Numbered from the stretch's first letter, positions 8,956 to 18,539 are shown. The stretch is DNA of 60,220 nucleotides from Thermoplasmata archaeon (GCA_049965455.1 JBMFWH010000003.1:1-60220), one strand, 5' to 3'. Translations and numbers: made by a program. The notes: a model not told the origin generated them from the letters alone.

Positions 8956-10827
8956 ATGAGCTATAATTATCTTTATGAGGATAATATAGGAAAGACCTAT
9001 TTTATACTCTCTAATGAGGCAATAGTGCGTGGCGCTTTAGAAAGTGCGGTGGACATAGTTGCTACCTATCCTGGCACGCCCACATCCGAGATCGGGGACA
9101 TATTCTCTAAAATCGCGAAAGAGGCCGGCGTTTATTTTGAGTTCTCGACGAACGAGAGCGTTGCCCTTGGCGTTGCTGCTGCTGCAAGCAGCTCTGGGCT
9201 CAGGGCACTGGCGTTTATGAAGCATGTGGGCCTGAATGTGGCATCTGACTTCATGATGACCACTGCTTATATCGGAGCCCGGGGCGGACTGGTAATTATT
9301 ACTGGCGATGACCCGTCCATGCATTCTTCACAGAATGAGCAGGATAACAGACACTATGCAGAACTTGCACATTTGCCCTTAATAGAGCCGTCATCGCCGC
9401 AAGAAGCTCTAGATTATCTCAAGGAGGCTTTCGAGATATCCGAGTCTTTAAAGCTGCCGGTGCTTTTCAGAACTACCACGAGAGTGAACCATCTAAGGGG
9501 CCAGGTAACATTCGGATCGATCAGGAAAAACAAGAAAAAATCAGAATTCATAAAAAATCCGGAAGCGCTTGTGCCTTTGCCTGCAAACGCTTATAAAATG
9601 CGAAAAAACCTGGAGGATAAGAACAGGGATGCGATCGCGTACTCGAACAGGTCCGTACTGAACAGGATCGAAGAAGCGGATTCTGACATTGGGGCGATAG
9701 CAAGTGGCGCAGGCTATAACGTATTGAAAGATGTAGTAAGCGACAAGAATATTAATTTAAAAATCTTAAAGCTAGGATTCACGAGGCCTGTTCCTGATGC
9801 TCTGATCTTAAAATTTATAAAATCTGTAAAAAAGCTGATCATTGTGGAAGAGCTTGATCCATACTTAGAGAAGGAGATCAGGACTCTGGTGCAGCTGAAT
9901 GGATTGAACATCGAAATTTACGGAAAGCTCAACGGTTACTTTCCCGCAATGTACGAGTACAATGCAGATGTGGTATATGCCGGACTGGCAAAGGTGCTGG
10001 GCATAAAGGTTGCAGAGCCACAAAAATTTGAACCTGAAATTGATATACCTGCAAGGCCACCGGTTCTCTGTCCCGGGTGCCCTCACAGAGCCACATATTA
10101 CGCGACCAAAACGGCGTTGAAACAGCTCAGGATCAATAATGCGATAGTCTCAACGGACATAGGTTGTTATACATTAGGAATACAGAAACCTTACGAGCTT
10201 GCAGACTTCTTGCTTGCAATGGGATCTTCAATAAGTGCTGCCACTGGATTTGCAAAGGCTACGGATCAACCCGTGATATCATTTATTGGCGACTCCACGT
10301 TTTTTCATAATGGCATACCGGGCCTGATAAATGCAGTGCATAACAAATCGAATCTGTTGTTGATAATACTGGATAACAGGACAACGGCAATGACAGGGCA
10401 CCAATCCAATCCTGGAATGCCCATAGACGGCATGCTGCAAGAGGCGCCAGAACTGTCAATAGAGAACATAGTGAAGGCGGTAGGCGTTGAGTTTGTGAAG
10501 GTTGTAGATCCTTACGATCTCAAGACAATGACCAAGGCAATAAGGGAAGGATTGGAGTTTCCGAAAACATCAGTGATCATTGCCAAGAGAGAATGTGCGT
10601 TGCTCATGGACGCAAGGAACCGGAAGAATTCTACATGGATCACATATCACATAAACCAGGACAAATGTACTAAATGCATGAATTGCGTATCTCACTTTTC
10701 CTGTCCAGCAATATTTACGGAGAATGGTAAAGTTTACATAAATGCGACGCTGTGCGATGGATGTGGTGTTTGTGCAGAGCCACTGGTTTGCGGGTTTAAG
10801 GCGATAGAGGTGGCAAAGAATGAATAA
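8956..10827 (+). CDS. iorA: Indolepyruvate:ferredoxin oxidoreductase alpha subunit
   Basis: YPGTPTSEI, MKHVGLNVA, SSQNEQDNR, CPGCPHR, C-terminal ferredoxin. Confidence 0.92.
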   Translation: MSYNYLYEDNIGKTYFILSNEAIVRGALESAVDIVATYPGTPTSEIGDIFSKIAKEAGVYFEFSTNESVALGVAAAASSSGLRALAFMKHVGLNVASDFMMTTAYIGARGGLVIITGDDPSMHSSQNEQDNRHYAELAHLPLIEPSSPQEALDYLKEAFEISESLKLPVLFRTTTRVNHLRGQVTFGSIRKNKKKSEFIKNPEALVPLPANAYKMRKNLEDKNRDAIAYSNRSVLNRIEEADSDIGAIASGAGYNVLKDVVSDKNINLKILKLGFTRPVPDALILKFIKSVKKLIIVEELDPYLEKEIRTLVQLNGLNIEIYGKLNGYFPAMYEYNADVVYAGLAKVLGIKVAEPQKFEPEIDIPARPPVLCPGCPHRATYYATKTALKQLRINNAIVSTDIGCYTLGIQKPYELADFLLAMGSSISAATGFAKATDQPVISFIGDSTFFHNGIPGLINAVHNKSNLLLIILDNRTTAMTGHQSNPGMPIDGMLQEAPELSIENIVKAVGVEFVKVVDPYDLKTMTKAIREGLEFPKTSVIIAKRECALLMDARNRKNSTWITYHINQDKCTKCMNCVSHFSCPAIFTENGKVYINATLCDGCGVCAEPLVCGFKAIEVAKNE

Positions 10828-11416
10828 TATCAGCATTCTTTTTGCGGGCGTTGGCGGTGAAGGAGTGGTTACTACAGGCGCGGTGCTTGGTGATGCGCTG
10901 ACCAGAAAAGGAATAAAGGTTGTGATGTCCGAGGTTCACGGCATGGCACAGCGTGGAGGCATAGTAACCGTGGAGATGAAGCTGGGATCTGGTAACAGCC
11001 CCATCATAGGCGTGGCTGCAGCAGATATAATTGTGGGGTTTGAGCCGGTAGAAACTTACAGGGTATTAAAGAAGGCAAACAAGGACACAAAAATAATAAT
11101 GAACAGCAGTGAGATCGTACCGTTCACGGTTTCAGTCGGGGAATCCGAGTACCCGGATTTTGAGGGCATTGTAGAGAGCATAAAAAAGCAATTTAAGAAC
11201 CTTTATATTGTAGATGCGGAGGCTCTGGCCTCAAAGGCAGGGAATTCGATAGTAGAGAACATAGTATTGCTCGGTGCTCTCATAGCGCTGGATGTCTTGC
11301 CGGTGAGCAGAGAAGACGTTATAGAGAGCATAAAGAACACGCTCTCAAACAAACGTTATGAGGCCATGAACATTGCCGCTTTTGAGTTAGGGTATGATGC
11401 GATAATCAAACATTAA
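10820..11416 (+). CDS. iorB: Indolepyruvate:ferredoxin oxidoreductase beta subunit
   Basis: GVGGEG, SEVHGMAQRGG. Confidence 0.92.
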   Translation: MNNISILFAGVGGEGVVTTGAVLGDALTRKGIKVVMSEVHGMAQRGGIVTVEMKLGSGNSPIIGVAAADIIVGFEPVETYRVLKKANKDTKIIMNSSEIVPFTVSVGESEYPDFEGIVESIKKQFKNLYIVDAEALASKAGNSIVENIVLLGALIALDVLPVSREDVIESIKNTLSNKRYEAMNIAAFELGYDAIIKH

Positions 11417-11417
11417 G

Positions 11418-12551
11418 ATGGAAGATCTGATAATAATAGGTGGCGGTCCTGCGGGTCTGAAACTTGCATCATTAGTGGGCAAGAGAATAAACACCACGAT
11501 CCTAGAAGAGCATTATGAAATAGGCAAGCCTAGCCATTGTACAGGCTTATTTTCAAAGCCCGTATTCGAAATGGCGCCATACAAAGCGGTCACGAACAAA
11601 GTGCGCGGTGCAATTTTGAAGCTTGGCACCATGGAATTTTCAATATCAAAGAATGAAACTGTTGCGTATGTTGTTGAAAGAAGCGATTTTGACAAGAGCC
11701 TGGCAGCCGAGGCGATAAACAACAATGTGAAGGTCCAGCTTGGCGCGAGAGTCAGGGACATACTAACAGATAAAAACGGCACGAAGGTAATATACAGGAA
11801 GGATGGAGAAATCAGAGAGCTGGAATCGAGCGTGGTAGTTGGCGCAGACGGATCTGGTAGCGTGGTCCGCAAAAAGATGGGGCAGAGCATTCCAAGCTAT
11901 CTCGGTGCTATGCAGCTCAGAGTTTCTGGAGCGGAGATTGATGAAGATTATGTTAAACTATTAATGGGATCAGACATAGCTCCTGGCTTTTTTGGATGGA
12001 TTGTGCCTGAAGGAGATAGCATGGCGAAGGTAGGGGTTGCAATCGGGCATGGTAATGCAGTGTCGTACATAAAAAAAATCTTAAAGGATGATACTTTGAA
12101 AAATGCAAGGATACTGGGTTTGGAAGGTGGCGTAATACCGGTAGGAATGGTCCAGAAGAAAGTGCTTGGCAACCTTTTGCTGGTGGGAGATGCAGCAGGT
12201 TTTGTCAAGGCCACGTCTGGTGGTGGAGTGTATATGGGGTTGAAGAGCAGCATCAATGCAGCTAAAGTGATATTGGATAATCTTGAAGGGCGGAGTTACG
12301 GGCTTGACAACTACGAGAAGCTAATTTCAAAGCTCGTGAAAGAACTGAAGATGGATCTCAGGATCCACAACATCTATTCTACTTTTTCTGATGCTGAGCT
12401 AAAGGACATATTCACGATTTTGAGCAGGAAAGAGAATGTGGAGATTATTGAAAAGTACGGAGATATAGATTATCCGTCTAAGGTTGCGTTCGCACTTTTA
12501 AAACGAAACCTGACCCTTTTAAAGTACGGGTCGAAGTTGCTGAAAAATTGA
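11418..12551 (+). CDS. Geranylgeranyl reductase family FAD-dependent oxidoreductase
   Basis: IIGGGPAG, HCTG, GADG, PGFFGW, VGDAAG..K..SGGG. Confidence 0.85.
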   Translation: MEDLIIIGGGPAGLKLASLVGKRINTTILEEHYEIGKPSHCTGLFSKPVFEMAPYKAVTNKVRGAILKLGTMEFSISKNETVAYVVERSDFDKSLAAEAINNNVKVQLGARVRDILTDKNGTKVIYRKDGEIRELESSVVVGADGSGSVVRKKMGQSIPSYLGAMQLRVSGAEIDEDYVKLLMGSDIAPGFFGWIVPEGDSMAKVGVAIGHGNAVSYIKKILKDDTLKNARILGLEGGVIPVGMVQKKVLGNLLLVGDAAGFVKATSGGGVYMGLKSSINAAKVILDNLEGRSYGLDNYEKLISKLVKELKMDLRIHNIYSTFSDAELKDIFTILSRKENVEIIEKYGDIDYPSKVAFALLKRNLTLLKYGSKLLKN

Positions 12552-12580
12552 GCATTAGGTTACGATTTTCATTAACCATG

Positions 12581-12858
12581 TTAACATCCACATTTGGAAG
12601 TTATCATCCCTGTGAATTCAGGGATGCTTAAACTTCTTGGGTATAACCCTATACCCTCTATCCCGTCTGCGAATGCTTCAGGAATTGCCTTTCTTATCAT
12701 GTTGTAGGATGCATGCAGATCTGCATGTATCAGTGTTCCGTCTGCGGATCTGAAAACACCTCTTTTGATCCACTTGCCCATGTATGCATCATGATGTTCT
12801 ATGCTTTCATTGCCAAGGAAGGAGCACTTGCTTGTGTGGCTTTCATCCTCTATTATAA
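12581..12858 (-). pseudogene. tnpB: TnpB (IS200/IS605/IS607 OrfB) C-terminal remnant
   Basis: Frame extends upstream of the track ORF: IIEDESHTSKCSFL...RGVFRS..G.LIHADLHASYNMIRK (RuvC II/III region); truncated at an IS end at 12859. Confidence 0.85.
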
Positions 12859-13090
12859 CCGTAACTCCGCTATTTTAACCCATAGGTATCATATCTGAAA
12901 AATTTAAAATCATCTTTTTTGCTCTCTTTGGTATGGTTGCAAAATATTCTCGCCCAGTTCTCTCTCTTATTTTTTCTACCTTTGAAAGTTCATAATATAC
13001 CTCTTCCACAGAGATCTTATCTGATACTTTTCTCTCCTTTAATCTTTTCAGGGTCTTGAAATAGATTATTAATGATAGAAATGTTACAAA
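12859..13090 (-). mobile_element. Right-end fragment of a DDE IS (IS1634-like): transposase C-terminus plus terminal sequence
   Basis: FVTFLSLIIY...SVEEVYYELSKVEKI...IPKR with stop at 12875-12877, followed by terminus ...GCGGAGTTACGG; family by motif resemblance only. Confidence 0.65.
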
Positions 13091-13139
13091 CCGTAACTCC
13101 ACTATTTTAACCCATAGGTATTATATCTGAAAAATTTAA
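13091..13139 (-). repeat. Second copy of the same IS right end
   Basis: 47/49 identical to 12859-12907 (CCGTAACTCC.CTATTTTAACCCATAGGTAT.ATATCTGAAAAATTTAA). Confidence 0.9.
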
Positions 13140-13367
13140 GATTATTGATTTTGAAAATATAAATTTAGACAGTCTTTTCTATCATATTTAATTTCAGCTT
13201 TTTGTTATGCACTCTGGTTATATTTCATATTAATCTTCCTATCTACACCTAAATCTGACCAGCGGTTGCAAAAACAGCCGGCAGTTAAGAAATTTACTAT
13301 TCAGGCAAGGTCATGCGAGAAAAAATATATATTATGCCAGTATTTATCTTAATCTGACGGTGATAGT

Positions 13368-13979
13368 TTGGACGTAATAGATCAGTTTTTGCACATATTC
13401 ATTCCGATATTCGTTATAGTGGATCCATTTGCATCAGTTGCGCTTTTTATAAGCCTAACTGCCGGGCTTTCTAAGCCTGCTACAAGTAAGATCATAAAAG
13501 AGTCTGTATTATGGGGATTCTTGATCCTGTTGATATTTGCATTGATCGGCTCTTACATCCTGGAATTTTTCGGAATAAGCATAGAAGCATTAATGATTGC
13601 TGGAGGACTGTTAATGCTTATTGTGGGAATTGAGATGGTAAGAGAAGGAGATAAGCCCAGAGCCACAAGAAAAGGGCAGGAAGAGGAAGAGCTCGGCGAC
13701 ATAGGTATAGTGCCTCTGGCCACTCCGATGCTTGCCGGCCCCGGAGCCATATCACTGATGATCATACTGGTTGCAAGCTATGACTTATGGATCGTACTGG
13801 CTTCGACGGTCCTGGTTTTTTTGATTGTATATATATTTTTCAAGTTTTCGACTATAGTTTACCGGATGATCGGCATGAAAGGCGCAAGGGCTTTTACAAG
13901 GGTGATGGGATTGCTAGTTGCAGCATTTGCGATGCAGTACATACTTAACGGATTCGGAATATGGTACCTGCATCTCTAG
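13368..13979 (+). CDS. MarC family membrane protein
   Basis: FVIVDPF, IVPLATPMLAGPGAI, RVMGLL. Confidence 0.9.
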   Translation: MDVIDQFLHIFIPIFVIVDPFASVALFISLTAGLSKPATSKIIKESVLWGFLILLIFALIGSYILEFFGISIEALMIAGGLLMLIVGIEMVREGDKPRATRKGQEEEELGDIGIVPLATPMLAGPGAISLMIILVASYDLWIVLASTVLVFLIVYIFFKFSTIVYRMIGMKGARAFTRVMGLLVAAFAMQYILNGFGIWYLHL

Positions 13980-14106
13980 TTTCAAATCTGATTCTTGGCA
14001 AACACAGTGTATTTCTTTCCAAGAGATTGCAATGTTTTAAAAAATTAGGACATATGCGAATAGATTTATGATAGTGAATGCCATATGTGCCCTAGCCCAT
14101 AAATTA

Positions 14107-14262
14107 GATACTGTCAATTCTCCGTTGAAAATATTAAAAAGAGCATTCATCATCCTACATAGCATAATTTCGAAAACGATTTAAAATAGATGATCCAGAT
14201 AAAAGCTATGCCTTCGACAAAATGAAATAATACGTATTTATCAACGAAGATTTGACAAGACC
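14107..14262. mobile_element. MITE family B, copy 1 (156 bp)
   Basis: Imperfect 22-bp TIR GATACTGTCAATTCTCCGTTGA / GGTCTTGTCAAATCTTCGTTGA; TSD ATAAATTA / ATAACTTA (7/8); inverted copy at 39846-40000. Confidence 0.88.
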
Positions 14263-14308
14263 ATAACTTAGCAAAAATGATATATCACTATACATTTAAT
14301 ATCACATA

Positions 14309-15514
14309 ATGTTTAATGCGCATGTAAAGGTATTGAACGATTCTGAGATCAATGAAGAGATGGAGAGCATCAAGGTTGCAAGAGAGGGCATTGAAATAAT
14401 GAACCCTAAAGCACAATTTTTCATAATAAAGTTAGAGCAGGTTCCAATAAAAGACGCCATAATACTGAAGCAGGAGTCTTTAAGTTGTGGCTGCGATGCG
14501 GCACTGGCATGGAACGTAGTATCTTTAAAAACCGAATTTACAGATGCGCTGGTATTCGGTAGTGGTAAGGAACTTGGAACATTGTCTCAAAAGATGAGAA
14601 AGCAGCCTTTTAATGGCAAAAAAATAGGTGCTGAAATTGAAGAGGCAATATTCAATTTCAAGAGAAGAGAATATCAGTTCCCCACAAAATCTGGAGTTTT
14701 AAGGATACCTCCAAGAAAGGTGATGGGAATACTCAACATTACACCGGACTCTTTCTCGGATGGTGGCAAGTATAATACCATAGATCTAGCGGTGAAGAGG
14801 GCCAAGGAGATTGAAAGAGAAGGTGCTGACATATTAGACATTGGTGCTGAGAGCACCAGGCCTAATTCTAATCCAGTCTCTTTGGAAGAAGAGATGGACA
14901 GATTAATGCCAGTGCTAGAACCCATAAAGGATGCTATTTCTATTCCAATTTCGATAGACACGTACAAATGGCAGGTTGCCGAAAAGGCATTAAAACTTGG
15001 AGCGGACATGATCAATGATGTTTACGGATTGAAAGATGAATCCATGATAAAAGTGATCAAGGATTTTGGTGCAGGAGCGGTAATAATGCACATGAAAGGA
15101 ACGCCGCAGACTATGCAGGACAATCCACATTATGATTCTTTGATTTCTGAGATACTCAGGTTCTTGAGAGAAAGAAGCGCTAATGCGGTATCAAAAGGAA
15201 TTGAACCAGAAAAGATCATTATAGATCCCGGAATAGGGTTTGGGAAAAGCGTTGAAAACAATCTAAGCATATTGAACAAGCTCAGGGAATTTAAAAGCCT
15301 GGGCTATCCGGTTTTGGTAGGGACCTCCAGAAAAGGGTTTATCGGCAAGATTACTGGCGATCCAGTTGACATGAGGGTTGTTGGAAGCTTGACCACGGCA
15401 TTGATTGCATTGCAGAACGGAGCGTCAATGATACGGGTTCATGATGTGAAAGAAACTAAGGAACTGGTTAGTATATTCGAGGCAGTTACGGGTGATAAAA
15501 ATTATGAAGATTGA
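14309..15514 (+). CDS. folP: Dihydropteroate synthase with N-terminal extension
   Basis: MGILNITPDSFSDGG, DIGAESTRP, IDPGIGFGK, GTSRK, IRVHDV. Confidence 0.93.
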   Translation: MFNAHVKVLNDSEINEEMESIKVAREGIEIMNPKAQFFIIKLEQVPIKDAIILKQESLSCGCDAALAWNVVSLKTEFTDALVFGSGKELGTLSQKMRKQPFNGKKIGAEIEEAIFNFKRREYQFPTKSGVLRIPPRKVMGILNITPDSFSDGGKYNTIDLAVKRAKEIEREGADILDIGAESTRPNSNPVSLEEEMDRLMPVLEPIKDAISIPISIDTYKWQVAEKALKLGADMINDVYGLKDESMIKVIKDFGAGAVIMHMKGTPQTMQDNPHYDSLISEILRFLRERSANAVSKGIEPEKIIIDPGIGFGKSVENNLSILNKLREFKSLGYPVLVGTSRKGFIGKITGDPVDMRVVGSLTTALIALQNGASMIRVHDVKETKELVSIFEAVTGDKNYED

Positions 15515-15971
15515 ATGTCCAATCTGCTTTTCGTCATTTAAAGTCAACAACGAGAAGATGGTAACATGTCCTTATTGCGATGCGTTGCTTTATCGAGTAG
15601 ACGGGATTTTCAAGTTGACAAGTGCGTATCCGTGGTGGCAGAAGAAGGATCCAATGTTTGAAACGTACAGGAAAGAGCAAGGGATTATCGGGATGGTTAA
15701 GGTTGGGCATGTACTTGAGCGATATGCATTTAAGGACAGTTCATGGTTTTTGATTTTGAATGATACAGTTTACCGTTACAGATCAGATTTCGGCTCAGAG
15801 CCAGATAAATATGATAAGAAAATTGAGGAGAAGGTATCATACATATATGGCATGATTCCTGTTTTTACGCCTCTGGATTTTGAGTGTAAAATATATCTGG
15901 GGAATAACTGGGCCGTGAAAAAAGAGGTGGCCAGCTATTCACTGTGGAAGATCAGTGAAACATCCATATGA
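15504..15971 (+). CDS. Zinc-ribbon hypothetical protein (possibly DUF4178-like)
   Basis: CPIC...CPYC at N-terminus; GGTGA SD before ATG 15504; overlaps folP end. Confidence 0.65.
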   Translation: MKIECPICFSSFKVNNEKMVTCPYCDALLYRVDGIFKLTSAYPWWQKKDPMFETYRKEQGIIGMVKVGHVLERYAFKDSSWFLILNDTVYRYRSDFGSEPDKYDKKIEEKVSYIYGMIPVFTPLDFECKIYLGNNWAVKKEVASYSLWKISETSI

Positions 15972-15978
15972 TGTGGAT

Positions 15979-16527
15979 TCAGTCCTGAGGATAATTTTCC
16001 ATTGATCTCAATAGCTTTCGTATGTCTGACCTGAATACGGCCAGCGATTCTGTATTAACAAGCATCATGTCTGCGAGTATGAAAACGGTAGCAAGACCCC
16101 AGGATAGTTCTCTGCGATCCCGTTCTTTGAATTCTTCCAGGGTTTTAGGATCGTCAGGCCTGTTCCTGTTTTTAATCCTATCATATCTGTTTTTTTCATT
16201 TGCAAATATTCCCACGACAATAAACTTCTCTTTCAGATGATTCTTGAAAAACTGGATTTCCTCAATGTTTCTTATGCCATCTACAACAGTCTTTTCATTA
16301 TGTATGTTTTCAATAGTTCTGCGTGCCCAAACGTCCATTCCCTTCTTCGCTCTTTCTTCGCTAGCAATCTTGCCAACTATCGAGTTTTCCATCGGCAAGC
16401 CCAGCGATCTCACGTAATTTCTGACAGTATCTCCCATCCTCACGATTTCATAGCCATGTTTTTCAGCTTCAATTGCAAACTCTTCTTTGCCAGATCCAGG
16501 CATGCCTACCACGAGTATATACATCAT
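15979..16527 (-). CDS. Archaeal P-loop nucleotide kinase (UPF0200/dephospho-CoA kinase-like)
   Basis: VGMPGSGK, MGD, VVDGIR, RDRREL..G. Confidence 0.8.
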   Translation of the reverse strand: MMYILVVGMPGSGKEEFAIEAEKHGYEIVRMGDTVRNYVRSLGLPMENSIVGKIASEERAKKGMDVWARRTIENIHNEKTVVDGIRNIEEIQFFKNHLKEKFIVVGIFANEKNRYDRIKNRNRPDDPKTLEEFKERDRRELSWGLATVFILADMMLVNTESLAVFRSDIRKLLRSMENYPQD

Positions 16528-16650
16528 TCACCAAATTGTCAATGACTATTAAATTGTATCGGTATATTTCTATATGGCATGTTTTATAATATGCTATGTA
16601 TGATCAATAACTATTTATACCACATAAATATCTCTCTTTTTACTCAACGA

Positions 16651-16770
16651 GAGATTAGTCAGACGGATCATGGGACAATTCTATATGAATTCCCGAGGCA
16701 GAAAGATCAACAAAATTTTGATTTTTCTGATCATTCGTCACGACTGATTCAGTATTCGGAGGAAATTAAA
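16651..16770 (+). promoter_or_regulatory. Structured 5' leader of the ribosomal protein superoperon (candidate r-leader)
   Basis: TATA-like TTTATA near 16614; two hairpins enclosed by long-range pairing; GGAGG SD just downstream. Confidence 0.5.
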
Positions 16771-17769
16771 ATGGCAACACCAAATCATTCTAGGAGAGGC
16801 TCTATGGGATACTATCCCAGAAAAAGAGCCAAAAAGATAGTGCCAACAATATCTACTTGGCCTGAATTAGATGAAGGGCCGAAAGTTCAAGGATTTGCAG
16901 GATATAAGGCGGGAATGACTCATGCAGTGGTAGTGGACTGGAGAAAGAAAAGCACTACTGCAAACCAAGAGATAGTTTTACCGGTGACGGTAATAGAAGT
17001 TCCGCCAATGAAAGTGTGCGGCATAAGATTTTACGAACGCACAACGTATGGGTTAAGCATTTTTGAGGAAGTATGGGCTGCAAACCTGGACAAAGAGTTA
17101 TCAAGAAAGATCAGCATACCAAAAAAAGCGAATGAAAAAGATTTAAAAGATGTGGACAGGAGCAGGGTTGAAGAAGTAAGGCTCATTGTTTATACGCAAC
17201 CTCATCTCGTATCTTCACTGCCTAAAAAGAGGCCGGAGATTATGGAGGTACAGGTTGGGGGCGGTAAAATGGATGATAAAATAGATTATGCAATTAAGTT
17301 ACTGGGAAAAGAGATTACTTTTTCTGATTTTTCAGAACCTGGAAAATTTGTAGACGTAATTGCAGTTACAAAAGGAAAAGGATTCCAGGGTGCTGTAAAA
17401 AGATTTGGAGTGAAACTGTTACCCAGAAAGAACAGGAAACACAAAAGGATGGTTGGGACACTTGGACCTTGGCATCCTAACTATGTCATGAACACGGTAC
17501 CTATGGCCGGGCAGATGGGGTATCAGCAGAGGACTGAATACAATAAGAGAATAATTTATTATTCTAACAATAACGGAGAGTCAATAACCCCGGCAGGAGG
17601 GTTCTTGAATTATGGAAGTGTAAAAAACTCATATATCCTAGTTCATGGATCGGTGCCCGGGGCAGTGAAGAGAATTATCAGATTTAGGGATCCTATCAGA
17701 ATGTCTGGAGAGAATGTGAAAGATATCAAGATAACGTATATTTCAAGAGAATCCAAACAAGGAGTGTGA
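16771..17769 (+). CDS. rpl3: 50S ribosomal protein L3
   Basis: RRGSMGYYPRKRA, GYKAGMTH, KGKGFQG; ATG 16771 after GGAGG SD (the track ORF is over-extended). Confidence 0.97.
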   Translation: MATPNHSRRGSMGYYPRKRAKKIVPTISTWPELDEGPKVQGFAGYKAGMTHAVVVDWRKKSTTANQEIVLPVTVIEVPPMKVCGIRFYERTTYGLSIFEEVWAANLDKELSRKISIPKKANEKDLKDVDRSRVEEVRLIVYTQPHLVSSLPKKRPEIMEVQVGGGKMDDKIDYAIKLLGKEITFSDFSEPGKFVDVIAVTKGKGFQGAVKRFGVKLLPRKNRKHKRMVGTLGPWHPNYVMNTVPMAGQMGYQQRTEYNKRIIYYSNNNGESITPAGGFLNYGSVKNSYILVHGSVPGAVKRIIRFRDPIRMSGENVKDIKITYISRESKQGV

Positions 17770-17774
17770 ATTGG

Positions 17775-18539
17775 GTGAAAGTTAATGTTTACAATATAAG
17801 AGGCGGAATCAAAGGTCAAATTGATTTACCAGAGCCATTTACATTTGCATACAGGCCAGACCTGATAAAAAAGGTCATACTTGCAATACAGTCAAATGGA
17901 AGGCAGCCTTACGGCGCATATAAATATGCAGGAACCAGGCGCGTGGGCCATAACTGGGGCCCGAATCACGGACGCTCAAGAATACCGCGTAGGCCTGATG
18001 GAGATCGTGGTGTTCTTTTGGGCAATATGGTCGGCGGTAGAACCGCTCATGCGCCTAGAAGCAACAGAAACTGGTCTAAAAAAATAAACAAGAAAGAAAA
18101 TCTACTTGCAAAGTTTTCAGCTCTGTCGCAGACTGCAAATAAAGATGCTGTAAGAAGCAGGGGCCATAAATTTAATGAAGAGATAACATTTCCAATCATT
18201 GTGGAGAACGAAATCGAGAATGTCGCGACGACCAAACAGGCTGTAGAGATATTAAATAGCTTAGGTCTTTATGAGGACGTGGAAAGATCCAAGGATCGCC
18301 AGAATATAAGGGCAGGCAAGGGAAAATTAAGGGGTAGAAAATACAAGACTCCAAAAAGCATTTTACTGGTAGTGAAATCGAGATCCAGTTCACTAAAAAG
18401 CTTTGAGAACCTGTCAGGACTGGAAATTGTGTCTGTAGATCATCTAAATACATACAATCTGGCTCCGGGTGGAAATGCAGGGAGATTGACCGTTTATACT
18501 GAGGATGCAATAGATACCATTGCGAGGTGGAAATTATGA
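17775..18539 (+). CDS. rpl4: 50S ribosomal protein L4
   Basis: RPDLI, GGR.AHAP, RAGKGKLRGR, LAPGG.AGRL; GTG 17775 or 17766. Confidence 0.96.
   Translation: MKVNVYNIRGGIKGQIDLPEPFTFAYRPDLIKKVILAIQSNGRQPYGAYKYAGTRRVGHNWGPNHGRSRIPRRPDGDRGVLLGNMVGGRTAHAPRSNRNWSKKINKKENLLAKFSALSQTANKDAVRSRGHKFNEEITFPIIVENEIENVATTKQAVEILNSLGLYEDVERSKDRQNIRAGKGKLRGRKYKTPKSILLVVKSRSSSLKSFENLSGLEIVSVDHLNTYNLAPGGNAGRLTVYTEDAIDTIARWKL

Noticed and set aside
13091..13102. GTG start of the 75-aa ORF 12875..13102
   Set aside because: The start lies inside the second IS end, so the ORF is a truncated transposase fragment rather than a gene
13255..13315. Small hairpin CGGTTG/CAGCCG upstream of marC as a riboswitch or IS left end
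   Set aside because: Only 6 bp and a poor match to the IS terminus; insufficient support
16579..16770. 64-aa N-terminal extension of L3 in the ORF track
   Set aside because: L3 homology and the SD point to ATG 16771; the region is better explained as promoter plus leader
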